This document shows, in pieces, positions 1 to 13,600 of a DNA stretch of 64,000 bases. The DNA comes from Utricularia gibba (lineage: Eukaryota > Plantae > Magnoliophyta). The translations under genes were made by a program, and so were the position numbers. The stretch spans positions 7,068,001-7,132,000 of the forward strand of contig CM007989.1 in the NCBI GenBank assembly GCA_002189035.1. Reading direction: 5' to 3'. A model generated the notes under the pieces. That model did not search any database. It was not told where the DNA came from and was given only the letters and a program-made list of their open reading frames with translations. Position 1 is the first letter of the stretch; each line of letters begins with the position of its first letter.

Positions 1-165
1 TACACTTGGGATAAGCATTTGGAGACATGGGTGAAAGCATCTGGGATTCTGGGAGGACCCAAAAACGTCTCTCCCACAATTATTTCTCCAAAGCAGTACA
101 AGAAACGGTTCAGGAAAGCTATGACTTCATATTTTCTTACTGTTCCTGATCAATGGACATCATAG
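1..165 (+). CDS. FAB1: 3' end of 1-phosphatidylinositol-3-phosphate 5-kinase (FAB1/PIKfyve, FAB1C-like), partial
   Basis: Frame 1 reads [54 protein letters not shown], the recognisable C-terminus of the plant FAB1 PIPK domain. Stop TAG at 163-165. Confidence 0.88.
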   Translation, partial: YTWDKHLETWVKASGILGGPKNVSPTIISPKQYKKRFRKAMTSYFLTVPDQWTS

Positions 166-1564
166 ACCATTGTCGCTTCCTCTATATTCTTCATTCTTTT
201 CAAACCACAGTTCTCTGCGTTGTAATTACGATTCTCATAAAGCAAGTGCTGTTTACACAAATCATGAGCTAAGTAAACTTCATTGGCATTTGATCGTTCT
301 GCTGAGACTTGATGGTGTCTTTACCATCATTAGAGGTAATCAAAGCTCAAATGGGTAGTGATAATGATAGATATTTTGCCTTACGTAGGTGTGATCGGTT
401 TTGGTTTGGAAGCAAATGGTTTTCTTAAACCGCCAATTTATCAAACCGAATTCGGAATCAAACAGTTATTGTTTAAATGAATAATGCATTTCCCACGTTG
501 TTGTGAATGTTATGAATGAATTTTAATTTTGCTGAATCATTTCTAGATATTCTTAGCATTCATTACAATTGTCTAGAATTGATCTAGATATCTTTAGGAA
601 TTAGAATGAGAGCTTAAAAATTTCTACAAATTTAAATTAAACAAAATATACAATTCAATTCATTGTATAATGAATAATCAATTGAAAATATAAAATTAAA
701 ATATACAAATATTCGCATGCACCTATAACGGGTCATATGGATGACTTAATAAACATTTCCAACATCTACATTACTCATAAAAACCGTCAATTTCATACTG
801 GTGAAAACTGATGGAGTAACCAATTACAACACTAGCTTCTAGTAATGGGTATCAGTCATTTTGCATGGAAAACTTCTGCATATGCAGTGTTCAATTTGGG
901 AATCAAAACTTCTGCAGAGGCCTGTGGCTTGGAATGCTGTCGGGTGTATCTATACAGACGATCACGTGTGGAACTTGGAGAAACAGGTCTTTTCTCCGTT
1001 TCTTTCGTTTTTTTTCCCTTACAACAGCTGCATTGCACCCGACTAGGAAACATCATGCTAATCATTTGCTCCATGTTTGTGTCAAAAAACAGTCACATGA
1101 GGCAAGAAAAAGGCTTCCTTCATCAGGCGGAGAAAGTGTCCGGATGCTGCATGAGCCAGAGAATCGGATTTATTATCATTTTTTCTTTTTGTTATTGCAC
1201 GAACACAGAAATTGACTTTCGTCGGCTGCTTGTTGACCGCCATCTTTCCGACAAACAACAAATCAAACAACTTGAATTTATGTCATACTCTCAGCATTTT
1301 CGAATAGTGATTTTTGCACGTGGCGACAAGAAAATGGTCCCAGACCCAGAAATTTCGATTTGGGAGAAAGTAAAAGATGAGGTTGGATGTACATAAATCA
1401 TGACAAATCTTCTATAAAATTGCTCTAGAACAAAAGAACTGGAGGAGTTTGTGCTGTGTTCTGGTGCAGCAACAAGTTGGAGGAGTTACTACTGATCTGG
1501 TGCAACAGACCGTGAACCCAATTGTTGGCTTCTCCTGGTTTATGTAATAATGTATGCTGATCTT

Positions 1565-2520
1565 CTAGGAGGCTGCAACAAGCTGCCGTACCTCCCCTTC
1601 CGTCACCGCCCTGAATCCGACTCTCCTCTGCAATGCAAAACAACCAGATGTCAGGGATCACCATCCTTTCTAAAAGAGGGCACGCTTTATACTTTTATGG
1701 GAGTGCTGTGAACATGGAAAGTCAAACATGGCTGTGGGGGTTTGGTATTATCTGTAGGCCGAATCAGAGAACAGTGCTGAAAATCGATTTGAAGGTCAAA
1801 TCAGTGAGATGTTTGGTTGGGATTGAAAAATCGATTACGTTCTGAAGTTAATCCAACGTGAAAGTTCTTTGGATTATTTTTCAGGTGTTGTGGAGATGAA
1901 AATGTCTGAATTTTGCATGTGGAGGAAACGTGGATTACCTCACGGGGTTTGGTGGCGTGTTGCGGTGTTGGATTCTGAGGGCGGGAACTCCCCCTGGCTG
2001 CCTCGCCTCCGTCGGTGGCTAAGCCAAGGTTGTATATCTTCCTCGCCGCCTCAGCTCCGCCGTTACTCTCCGCCATCAGCCTTTCCACCTCCGCCTTGGG
2101 CACCCGCATTTTCACCCTCATTCCGCTCACCGAACCGCCTTCCTCCGAGGCCACCTCGATACGCTCCTTGTGGAATATCGACAAATCCGAAGACGAGCGG
2201 CGCGCCAGCATGAGGCTCTCCAGCCGATCCTTGGCGCTCATCTGGATATCCGAACGCACCCGCCGCGGCACCGGCTGCTCCGGCAGCTTAGGCAGCTCGA
2301 TGAGGAAGTAAAGCCTACCCGGCTTCAGCTCCTCCTGCGGCTCCAACGCCTTCGCTCGCACCCCAAAATACTTCACGGCCTCCGATTCCATCAGCGAGTG
2401 CCCCGGATGGCCCGAAAGAACCGACGCCGCCCGTACCGGTGCCGGGAGCTTGAACGTCTCCCCGGTGACCTTCATCACCTTTGCAGTCCTCTTCTTCTTC
2501 ACTCCCAAGGCGTTCCCCAT
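1565..2520 (-). CDS. PADRE/DUF4228-domain protein (At1g66480-like), 2 exons
   Basis: Exon 1 (2520-1939) reads MGNALGVKKKRTAKVMKVTGETFKL...KYFGVRAKALEP...GRLYFLIELP...RRVRSDIQMSAKDRLESLMLARRS and ends at a GAG|gtaatc donor. Exon 2 (1627-1565) follows ttgcag and encodes RRVGFRAVTEGEVRQLVAAS*. Confidence 0.85.
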
Positions 2521-3359
2521 CTGCAGCCAAAACCCTGATTCTCTTGTGGGAGGAAGCAGGATGTATATAATGGATCCAGGGATGCGGTTGCATGGAGAAG
2601 TCAATTTGTTTGAAAAGAGGGCTACTCCTTTATTGACAAGTAGTGGGAATTTTGTGTCTTCAATTTCCATCCCATCTTCCTTCCTGGTCTGGTAGTTGTT
2701 GTTGCAGAGATTTGTCCAATCATTATTGTGTTAAATAACATATGTTAAATTCTTTAAGAAATAGTATTTAATACTATGAATTAGTTATGAAGTTGGTTTT
2801 TTTATTTATTTACATATTGATTTGTAATGAAATATAAATGTATATAATAAATAATAATATATCAATATATATTCTTTACTATTAATGAATAAAAAGGGAA
2901 TAATATCACTTCAATGATTTTACGCATGCAAAGTTATTTTTTTAAAATATCAAACACGTGATAAATAATTCTTTTATTAAGTAATAATCTTTACCAAATA
3001 TACACAATTTTTTCAAATCAATTGTTTTGGTGTAAATTAATTTTATCTACATTTTTTAATGACGTATTTTATAATATACGTATAATTTGTAAAGCACTTG
3101 CATAATTTCTTCAATTATTTCAAATCAATACATTACATAATGTGGTATGATTGTTTTGTTTTCGAGAGTGTCTTAAGAAATACATATATTTGATAGACAT
3201 GTTAAATATTTTCATAAACTCTCCAATTATATTAATCAAAGTCATTTTCTTAAATAATTTTTTGTAAATTAATATCATTTTAATCTTTTTCTAAAATGTG
3301 TCTATTAAAGATATTTTCAATTATAGTCATATAACATATGTTTAATATATATATTTATA

Positions 3360-3960
3360 GAAAAAATTACACGAATTGTCTCCCTTTTTTGTATAAATGA
3401 TACAATTGATTCTTATAAACAATGTTTTAATCTTCATTATTTCAATATCATTTATAATTAATCCTCACTATTCATACAAAATAATCTCTACTATTTACAT
3501 TATTTGATATTCAATTTAAAACTCTATTTTTTTTATACAATTCAATTTTACTATTATCGACCATCGTCCACTTGTAGCCCATGCACCCACCACCATGATA
3601 GGCGAAGCTATGCAAGCGTGGGCGTGGACAAAGGCGACATTGCCAAAAAAAAAGAGAATTAATTTTTTAAAATTATAAAATAATGAGAATTAAATATGTA
3701 GATTTTCAAATATTAATGATTAATTATAACTAGCATTTAAATAATGGATACAGAAAATGATTGAAATAAAAAAATTAGGAATTAAATATACTCATTACAT
3801 GTGTGAATTAAATATATTTGATATGTTAAAATTTAAGGATTAAATATATCATTAAAGAATTAATCATACCATTTTTATTAAATATTGTAGATTAATTATA
3901 CCCATTTTAAAAACCGTGGAAATATATGCACAAATAAACTATTAATTAAAATGTACTACT
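3360..3960. mobile_element. Possible decayed MITE-like element: AT-rich arms around a GC-rich imperfect palindrome
   Basis: A GC island at about 3560-3645 has the inverted pairs GTCCAC/GTGGAC and GCCCATGC/GCGTGGGC inside very AT-rich flanks. Terminal repeats and target-site duplication were not resolved. Confidence 0.25.
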
Positions 3961-4151
3961 AAATACATATGAATAACAATTGACTATTTATTGTCACATG
4001 TCCATTTCCTATATTTGTAACAAATTCAAGACCATAGGAATTTTACTTGTGTGCTGTTGAATATTGAACTCATAGTTTAGATTTTAGAAGAAGAAGAAAC
4101 CCTAAGGATAAGGTTCACATGAGTCATTATTACCTTTTGTAAAAGTCCTAT

Positions 4152-4529
4152 ACGTGCACGTTCTTTTTTCATAATTTTCAAAGATTTTTCTTATTTTTGA
4201 ATGTAAAAGAAGCTAAAAATCCCTTGTTCTAACCACGTAATTTATCTTTATAAATTTTAAAAGTAACCAATAGCTTCATATTAGTTTAAACCCCCACGTG
4301 TTATTACAAGAGAATTCCGAACCTTCGTCTTTAAAACTATGCACGCCAGAATTACTATTTATAGGGGTAAAACTGGTAATTCATAAATGACTGGGGGATC
4401 TTTTGGTAATTTTCTTGATGATGAAAAGAATTTTGGGTAAAACGGTGACTAGGCAGCGAGATCAACCAAGATGGACCGTCCACGTCAATCACGGGTGTGA
4501 AACCTGAAAATTCGACACGACCCCACGTG
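4152..4529. promoter_or_regulatory. ACGT/G-box cluster in the divergent PADRE-MAF1 intergenic region
   Basis: ACGT cores at 4152, 4158, 4235, 4296, 4482 and 4525, including two CCCCACGTG G-boxes. A telo-box AAACCCTAA lies near 4098. Confidence 0.4.
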
Positions 4530-5223
4530 GAACAGTTTGACTTGGTCTTCACCTCAACAATTATTATTTGACTCTTACTTATTTTATTTTTTTAAAAAAA
4601 GAGAATAATAGTTTCATTTTCACCTATGTTTTAGTGGTATTAATTTATAATGAGGAAAAAAATATGGGCCTTTTGTAAAGCTCAATACCCATGGGCCGTG
4701 GTGGAGGCTTCCAGCTCGTTACTGCTGGAAACGGAAATGGAATATTCTGGGGTTTCATTCGGCTGGAAACCGCGTTTTTAAGCAAAATCGTTGCTGCGCA
4801 ATTAATGCGACCTCTCGAGTCGAAGGGAACGTTCACCTCTATCCGAAATCGACGCTACCGAGATCTGGTTCCCAGACGATTCCTTGGTATGGATTCTAAA
4901 ATGCTGTCCTTTGAAAGGTTTTCTATTCTGTGCGCGCTTCATTTCTTTTGTCTGTTTCTCCTTGTCCTTGATTTGAGCGGTTTGGGGTTTTTTTTTTTTT
5001 TTTTTGGTTTGGTGGTCGTCGCTGTTGGCGAGTATGAAATGCGAAAATTTGAATTATCGTGTTCTGTAGGGTGGTATGATTTTACATTCCAGATCTTTGT
5101 GCTTGGGGGTGAATCACCTTATTGGTGTAAATTTTACACAGCATGAGAATTTGATTTGTATTTTATGAATGGCGCAGGTATCAATATTAAGTTTTGAAAC
5201 TGTTGTCTTCAATTGTGCGTATC

Positions 5224-7285
5224 ATGAAGTACATGGAATATACCCCACTTGAACGGTATGTATTTAGTTTTGGGAAGTGAGGAAATCTTTATAAGTATTT
5301 GATGTTATTATTATGTCGATAGTTTTGCCACTAATTATTGGTATGTACGTACAGAATAAATGATTTCGTGAGCCATTTAAATCTTGGAGAAAGAACAATT
5401 AGAGGCTGTCTGGAGGCTTATTCTTGTAAGTTTGAGGATTTATAAATGCTTGGACTGGAATCTGTGTTGCAAGTGAAAAGGGGATGCATAAAGTTATTTG
5501 CTGAACTTGCTTCTGTAGGCAAACACACAAGTACGGATAAGAAGCTTTCTCTTAGTTTGGAAAATGAGGTGGGCTCTTCTCTTCTGGGTTTTTTTTTTCG
5601 GCATCCTGAGCATCCTCTATTTCAGTAGTTGTGTTCATCAAGTGAGGAACTTCATGTGGAACACAACGTAAAAGAATGATTTAGGAAATTTTGCATCATT
5701 TTGTCTCCTTTCCGCCATCAGGTTGTAAATGAGGCCAAATTACTTTAGATTCGTTTCTTGAATCTCAGGACGGTTTTATTTCTTTCTAATACTTTGTTTT
5801 ACTATACCACTTATTGAGCATTCTCTTTTTTTTTTCTGTGTTATAGTAGCTTTCATATGTACCGTGAGGTATAATTTTACCAAAATTAATACCTGCCACC
5901 CCCCACCCCATCCCCTCTCTCACAACTATAAGCGGGAGTGGTTCATGCTGGCACTTTTTTGTTACAGATTCTTGATCATCTTGGGAAGTCTTCGGATACT
6001 GACTCCTGTTCACCAGTTGAATATCTACTTAGTAGATCCAGGTATTATAAATATATATAATTTTCCACTGTATTTTGTGACGTGACCATTACCCATCCTT
6101 GATTGGCAGCCGGAAGACTTTGATATACCTTCTTCTAACTCTTCATCATATCTACCCCGAGCACAACTTCAGGTAACCCTGTATCGTATTGAGGTAGAAG
6201 AAAGGATTATGGGTAATGCCTCTATCAGCTTTCTCAGCGATGTGGCATCCCATTATATAGTCCTTTCTTAATGAACTTGGGAGTGTTGTCAGAAGGTTTG
6301 ACAAACAGTTTAGATTACTGTTGCTCTGATAGGAGCTGAGAGTTCAAGTCTCTCCATTTCCCAAATTATGGCCGATTGATATCCTTTCATCACTCATCAT
6401 TTTCTTTGTGGGTTTTGGGTGCTTTTATCAGTATACTTTATGCATGTTTTTTTATATTCTACAACGAATCATCTTCTGGCTTAGCAGTGCAATGAAGGCG
6501 CACATGTATTTTACCGAAGAAACGTGGGATTCCTTCAGGCAGATCTTTGATGCCTATATGTATGAAGCCTGCAGGGTAATTGCTTATGGATCTTCTCCCA
6601 ATATTTGAGTCGTGCTAGTCATGAAACCTCTTGAAGAATGGATCTTCGTGCCTGATTTGTTTATTGTAATGCATTCAATTAAATTCAATGCATATATGCA
6701 TTCATGTTAAACTTGGTAAAGCTTTAAATCACAGGAATGGCTTGAGGAGAATGATGATGGGACCCTGCTCGAAACCTTGTACAAGGCTTTAGATGAGGTA
6801 GTATCGGTTATGAAGGGATTCCGGAAAGGGAAAAAACAGATACTAGGGATCACAGGGGACTTTTGTCTGACACTTGCAGGTTGTGAATGTACCCGAGTGT
6901 GAAATCTACAGTTACAACCCTTCTGTTGAAGATGATCCTTGGTTTGAAAAAGGAGCCATGTAAGCCTAGAAAGCTACTTATCCACGCATCCTATTCCACC
7001 ATTGGCTCCCGCTCCATCAGCTACTAATTTCCATTTTCTGTTCATTGAATCTCACTTTGCAGATGGTCTTACCATTTCTTCTTTTACAATCGAGGTCTCA
7101 AGCGGGTCGTTGCTCTTTGCTTCTGCTGCGTAAGGTAATACCCAATTACTTGTATCAGTTCGATGGCAAGGAAGTGTTCTGGTTCAACCAATTTTCTTGA
7201 CTGCTACAGTAATTTGGTTGGCGAACGCTTCTTAGAGTCTAATCCGGACGACGATGGCGAAATTTTCGTTGATATGGATATATAA
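5224..7285 (+). CDS. MAF1: Repressor of RNA polymerase III transcription MAF1 homolog, multi-exon
   Basis: Spliced exons give MKYMEYTPLER / INDFVSHLNLGERTIRGCLEAYSC / KHTSTDKKLSLSLENE / ILDHLGKSSDTDS / RKTLIYLLLTLHHIYPEHNFS / AMKAHMYFTEETWDSFRQIF / TLYKALDE / ECEIYSYNP / WSYHFFFYNRGLKRV / ...DGEIFVDMDI*, with GT-AG junctions. Confidence 0.93.
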
Positions 7286-8062
7286 TCTAAAGCTGGTAGC
7301 TTGTGAAGTACTTCCAAACCACGTGGCTGAGTGTGTATGTGAATTAATCCCTTGTATATGTATATAATTGTATGTCTATGTGTTTGCATTCCCAGTGGAA
7401 CTGTGCGAGTGCAATAAGAGTTCGAACCTTGAACCGGAGACCTCGGTAAGCAGGATACTGGAGTGTCCGGGTCCGGTTAGCATCATGTAAACAAAACAAA
7501 AAAAAAAAACTTTTAGATCATGAAATGTATCTGCTTGTTGTTACCTACTCAATACCTTGGCCCTTTTTCATTAGAAAAAAATGTGTTTTTTGATGCAAGT
7601 GAACACAAAAGCGAAATGCATTGAAAACTTTTAAAAAAAAAATTGTAGGAATGGCTTATGGAGAAGGATTTTTTTCTTGTGGTAGTGATTTTTTGTTTGC
7701 CATCTTGCAAATCTACTCTGGTTACTGCATGTTGTTCAGGTTGTATGGATAAGTCTTGCAGATGTAGTATTCGATTTGGAAAGAAATTGTGGTAAAATGA
7801 AGAGGCAGACAAAGACGTGAAATGAAATGATGAAATCTTATTACAAGTTCGATCACATTTGTTCTTCCTTCACATGCTAAAAACAAATCCGGATGTTGGC
7901 ATGGTTGTCTACTTGCCTTATGCAGTATGTGAATGTGGAGCCACCCTCGTTATCCATCCTTCTATATATACAAGTAACATGTCCTAAAATCCCATTACCT
8001 GATGAAAGCAGTAATTGCTTCTCATTTTCCTCCCCTACACAAAATAATCTGGCTGAAAAAGA

Positions 8063-10334
8063 ATGGAGGAGGGGTTGTTGTTGAAGGAAAGATTACCCGG
8101 AGACCGAGTAAGATGGGTGGAAGTAGGCGGGGAGATGAAGAGCATTGCGTACTTAGCCGGTCCAATGGTGTCTGTCACTCTTTCTTTCTACTTGTTGCAG
8201 GTTTCATCGCTGATGATGGTTGGCCATTTGGGTGAACTCGCTCTTTCGAGTACTTCTATTGCAGTTTCTCTTTCTGGTGTCACTGGCTTCAGTTTCCTTG
8301 TACGTTCTACTCCTCTATCTTCTGTGATAATTTTTTTCTGAAAGTTTATTTGCGTCATGCTGAAAGGTGTGATAGGGAAATAAATATGTTGGTGTGCACA
8401 AGAGCAGCAAATGGGAATGTGTTGCTTTGTTTATTGGTGACTCTTTTTCACTAAATGTGTATCTACAAGATCTTATTTCAAACAGAATCTGAAAGTGTCT
8501 TCATGCACCATGGCCCAAGTTGGCGTGTGGGTTGGATCCTGACACACTTCTTGGAGCGCTTAGCAGCTTGATGTGATGGTAGTTGTTTGCAGAATGGTGG
8601 GTTTTCATTTTCGGCTGACTTTGTAGGCTATTTTTGTGGTCGCCAAGGGGGTGGGAGTTTGTCTTTGAAGCGTAGATGACTAGTTTTCTTCATTGCATTG
8701 AGTTTCATTCTCACATACTTTTTTTTTGTGAAACAGTTAGGTTTGGCAAGTGGTTTGGAAACCATAAGTGGACAAGCCTTTGGTGCTCAGCAGTACGAAA
8801 AAATCGGAACTCAAACCTTTACCGCAATGTTCTGTCTAATCATTGCCACGATTCCCATCTCCATCCTGTGGTTGTATAGCGTAAACTTCCTAATATTTCT
8901 GGGGCAGGATCCTCTGATTGCTATTGAAGCTGGAAGGTTCTTAACTTGGCTAATACCTTCACTGTTGGGCTATGCATTTCTTCAACCTCTTGTTCGATTC
9001 TACCAGATGCAAAGCTTGATTGTTCCCATGATCATGAGTTCATGCATCACTCTGTGCTTCCATATCCCTGTTTGTTGGGCACTTGTTTTTAATTCAAGAC
9101 TTGGGAACGTTGGTGGTGCAGTTGCGATGGGACTTTCCATATGGTTAAATGTTGGCATTCTTGGTTTGTACCTGAAATACTCCCCATCATGTGCTAAAGC
9201 TCGCTCACCTATTTCACTCAAGATACTCGATGGGGTGAAGGAGTTTTTTGCATTTGCAGTTCCTTCCGCATTAATGATCTGGTAAGAGCAAAACTCCCCC
9301 TCAACTTTGTCTGCTTGTTATTTGTTTAACAAGTTTCCAATACCATTTTTATTCATTCGTGATGTAGCCTCGAGTGGTGGTCCTATGAACTACTGGTTTT
9401 GCTAGCGGCATTGCTACCAAATCCGCAACTAGAAACCTCAGTGCTTGCTGTCTGGTACTTCCATCCCAATTCTATAGTCGTTTTTAAGATGAATATATTA
9501 TTCCATCCATTACTGAATGTACATGAGCTGCTCTTTACAGCCTCAGCACCACCACAACACTGTATTCGATCCCAGAAGGACTAGCTGCTGCTGCAAGGTA
9601 CGATCTCTCTGTTTTTTTTGTCTTCTGAGAGAAAATCCTTTGACCATATAGATTATCCTTATTCATCTGCAGCACGAGGATTTCAAACGCTCTGGGAGCA
9701 GGGGATTCACATCGAGCTCGTGTCACTGTGACGAGTGTAATGCTTTTTGCAGTCGTGGATGGGATTGTTGTTAGCTCCACTCTCTTTGCTACCCGCAAAG
9801 TCTTTGGCTACGTGTTCACCAACGAGAAAGAGGTCGTCCAGTACGTTGCAAGCATGACTCCTCTGGTCTGCTTATCTGTTATCTTTGACAGCATCCAAGG
9901 CACAATTGCAGGTACTTGAGAACTCTCTCTCTTCCTACTGAAAGATGTGAGTTACACTCATGACGTCTGACTTCCTTCTTCATGCATCTCAGGAATCGCA
10001 AGGGGCTCCGGCTGGCAGCACATGGGAGCCTATGTAAACCTAGCAGCTTATTACCTTTTTGGAGTTCCGATAGCAGCTTTGTTGGCGTTCTGGTGGAACC
10101 TGAGAGGAAGAGGTCTGTGGCTTGGAATACTGTGCGGTGTGTCCGTGCAAACGATCATGTACGGAACTATAACCATCTGCACCAACTGGGAGAAACAGGT
10201 CTTGTTTTCTTTCCCTGGATATGGGGCACTTCAATTGGGAACAATGATGCTTATCTCTTTCTGGTTTGGAACAGGTAGCTGAGGCGAGGAAAAGGCAATC
10301 CTCTTGGGCACCATGTGCGGTGAGCGAGGCCTGA
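8063..10334 (+). CDS. MATE efflux family transporter (DETOXIFICATION, DTX1-15-like clade)
   Basis: Exons encode YLAGPMVSVTLSFYLLQVSSLMMVGHLGELALS, GLASGLETISGQAFGAQQY, LEWWSYELLVLL, LPNPQLETSVL, STRISNALGAG, GIARGSGWQHMGAYVNLAAYY and TNWEKQ. Last exon 10275-10334. No frameshift seen. Confidence 0.93.
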
Positions 10335-10638
10335 TGTAGAAGAAATGTAGGAGTTTTTGTTTCTTTCTCTCCTTCAAGTGGGAAATGTGTGCATTAGAGT
10401 TGAGGCTGAGGAGGTGTGTAGTAGTAATCTTGCATTCAGATTTGTACTACACATCATAAACTGCGAAGTGCAGAGTAGCAAACGTCTATAGATTCATAAA
10501 CAACTGACATGCACACAAGTAAAGACAGACACAGTTAACCCAAGCACACTTGATACTGCAACACCAGCAATCCACTCCACACAGAAGAAGAAACACACGA
10601 GCAGCAATCCAATCCCCAAAGATAAGCGTGATTTAAAA

Positions 10639-13600
10639 TCATAAAGCTCCACTCAAGTACCGAAGAATTAGTTCCACGACAATGGGAGCTAATTTGTCGA
10701 AGATTTTATCCCAGTCTGTTTTCTGTTGTAAGAAAAACAATGTGAAAGAGTGTACATATATACTGCACAATGCACTAAATGTGAGCAACAGAAATTGTAG
10801 TTGGTACTAACAGTAGTGTTTCTCTCTCTGAGAGAAAAGGATGTTTTCTGAGTGAAGGCTTTCCATAGTTCCAGACACTGACGAGGTGTCAATAAGACGT
10901 GTTCTTCATCAACCTTCAAGGAAACACGGGATGGAGATTAATCAGCAGCAGGAGGAATGAATGATCATGAAATGTCTTTGCAGCAGAAGTGGTAGTAGCG
11001 CTCACCCCCTTCCAATTTTCTAAGCTGTTAAGTTGTTCTCCATTCGAAGGATCTCCAAGAAGGCTGCTCTTCAAAACATTCTCGAATGCATTGGAAACAC
11101 TCGCATCCAATCGCATCACCGCCAGAACCGAGAGCAGTTTCACGCACTATTGATAGACAGTAGCGAGGAAAATGTCAATATAGAAGGAAAAAAGGGAAGA
11201 CAAGTGGTTCAAAAAGAGTTGACAAGCACATACCTCCGAGCGGGATTCCTTGGTGAGTCGATCAATGTCATCTTTAGATAAACTGGATAAATCACGATCC
11301 TTGAAAAACACATCGTAAAACCTGTGGGGTTCAAACCAATCAATATGATGGATGATGCAGCAGTGGGGTTCAAACTTCGATTATTCTCACCTCAGCACCA
11401 TACGATTCAAAGCATTTTCCGATTCTACTCTTGCAGATTCTTTTACCAGGCTTTCACCGAAGTCTTTCAGAAATGACACATTTAATTCCACCATGCTTGC
11501 ATCCACTTTGAAACCAGAGAGGGCATGACGGTACTTCTGAATTACACTTTCACTCTGAGCTGCAGAGTATTCCCTTATTTTCTTCCATGTATCTCCTTCA
11601 CTTTCTAGTAGCAAAGTCCTCGGGTAGTCACCTAGCGCGTCTTTCATTATCTCCTACCGAAGTTTGGAATTATTTAGAGGGCTAGCAAATGGACATGAAT
11701 TGACAACATCATTAGTACCTCATGTTCTTTCAAAATTGCCGGCAGTTGGGAACTTCTAAGTCCAACAATATGTTCATCGATGTCATTCTTGAGCTGATTC
11801 CTGATAGCATATGAGTTCCAGATTGCTTGCTCTGGCTTGGCATCTATGAACAGAAACTTTATATGATTTGCATGCCCCAACACTCACAATATTTTTGCTC
11901 TGTTGACAGAAATGCAGTAGGAGATCAGAGACAACAGCATGTTTTGGTGGTACCTGCAGATGCTTTATCGAACTGCTTGAGTGCTCTTTCAGTGAAGTCA
12001 TTTGCATCTTTGGTGAATTTTTCACCATCTTTCGAGATGACCAAATCCCTCTTGAATTGACTCCAGAGTTTAGAACGTGTGTGGCCCATCGAGGATGTGT
12101 ACACTTCCCTCACGTTCTTACAGAAACAAAAAAGAACATGCACGTGGTGTTGTCATTACGGGGACGGTGGTGATCAAGTGTGTGTGTGTATATATATAGA
12201 GAAAGCTTGAAGGTACCAGAAGGAGCTCCTCTTCTAACTCCTTTCGTTTCACAGATTTCACATTTTCATCAAAATGAAGGGTGGCTGCATCGAAACTGTC
12301 ACAATTCGTTCATAAGTCGGCTTCTGAAACTGCAACTCACAATAACTTGCACAGTGGATTTTTGCAAAGTGTCATATACTCACCTGGATAAGCATTTTTT
12401 AATAAGTTTTCCCAATGTGTCTCCCAGTTTATCCACCGATTCTCTGTCGGCCTTCTTTTTCAGTTCGCACCATTCCTGAGAGCAAGTTAACAAGGACAAA
12501 AATGAGTGGCGACAGGTATTTGAATGACCATATCTTATTTGATACTTTAGTATATAGGATTTCATGAGATTTGATTATTATACATCATATTCTGTTGTTG
12601 GCTTCCGGGGTTTCGAAAACTTAATATTTGAGAAATCAAATAAGAAGTGGAAGGGTGAAACCAACACTCTCAAATTGAAATTTGAGAAATCAAATAGGAG
12701 AGGAAGACTTTCTTTACAACTTTGACCCAAAGAGCATAGTAAAAAGCATTCATGAGGATCATGGTCAGTACCTCATTTTCACGGAATGACTTTAGCTCCG
12801 CATTACGAATCTCATCACACCTATGTTTGGCAAGAGTAAACTAGCGGAGAAACAAGAGTAAATGCTCCTTTTTGGGAAAAGAAAGAAAGAAAGAAAGAAA
12901 GACACTGGAGAATAATACCTTGTGGGAGGGGATGTCAATGTCCTTGTTCGCTTGAATCCCTTCCCATATGGTTTCCAAGCTTTCTGCCAACGCTGATGCA
13001 GGAACTGCATCTCCATTATCACCCACTGTCTCAGGACCACAGATCAATTCTCTTAGTTGGGACACCTACGGTAAACAAACAAGCACATGTGGAATATAAC
13101 ATTAGAAGCAAACTCTACGTTTAATGACCATGTACCTCGTGAATGAACTTTTCTGTAGCATATTCGTAGCTTGATAGTGCCACAACTTTAACCTGAAATA
13201 GAAGACTAAATTTAAACCAGCATATGAACCATATCTAATTAAGTGTACAACAACTATCTTACATTGAAAAACTGGTTTATTTCAGATCGTGTCTCATATG
13301 TTTTTATTGGGATGGAATTCCATATCTGCACAAGTTGTTGATTAGCATAACTGAAACCCTAATGCAATGTCATCAACTGTACCTTAAGATTGTGGAGTTG
13401 ACAAAAAGTAGAGTTATCTTGCGTGGATTGTAGAGATTCCTCATAACCTATTATTTATCATAGTGAAAAAAATGAAGTGAGGTTTTCTTTTTGAATTACT
13501 CATTATGTGAACCGGATCAATACCTCGAATACAACTTTTAAGAGGGAATTCATGGAAGCCTTTTCCCGTCCGATCTCGTTACACTATCTTCACAAACAAG

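Noticed and set aside
4691-5146. 151-aa ORF upstream of MAF1
   Set aside because: It runs through the 5' UTR and a poly-T, intron-like sequence, has low-complexity Phe-rich translation, and belongs to no family I recognise.
7400-7490. GTTCGAACC B-box-like motif after MAF1 as a possible tRNA or SINE
   Set aside because: No A-box at proper spacing and no cloverleaf could be folded.
9685-9700. MATE motif SNALG instead of the usual plant SNELG
   Set aside because: As I recall, Ala at this position also occurs in other eukaryotic MATEs, so one substitution is weak evidence of novelty.
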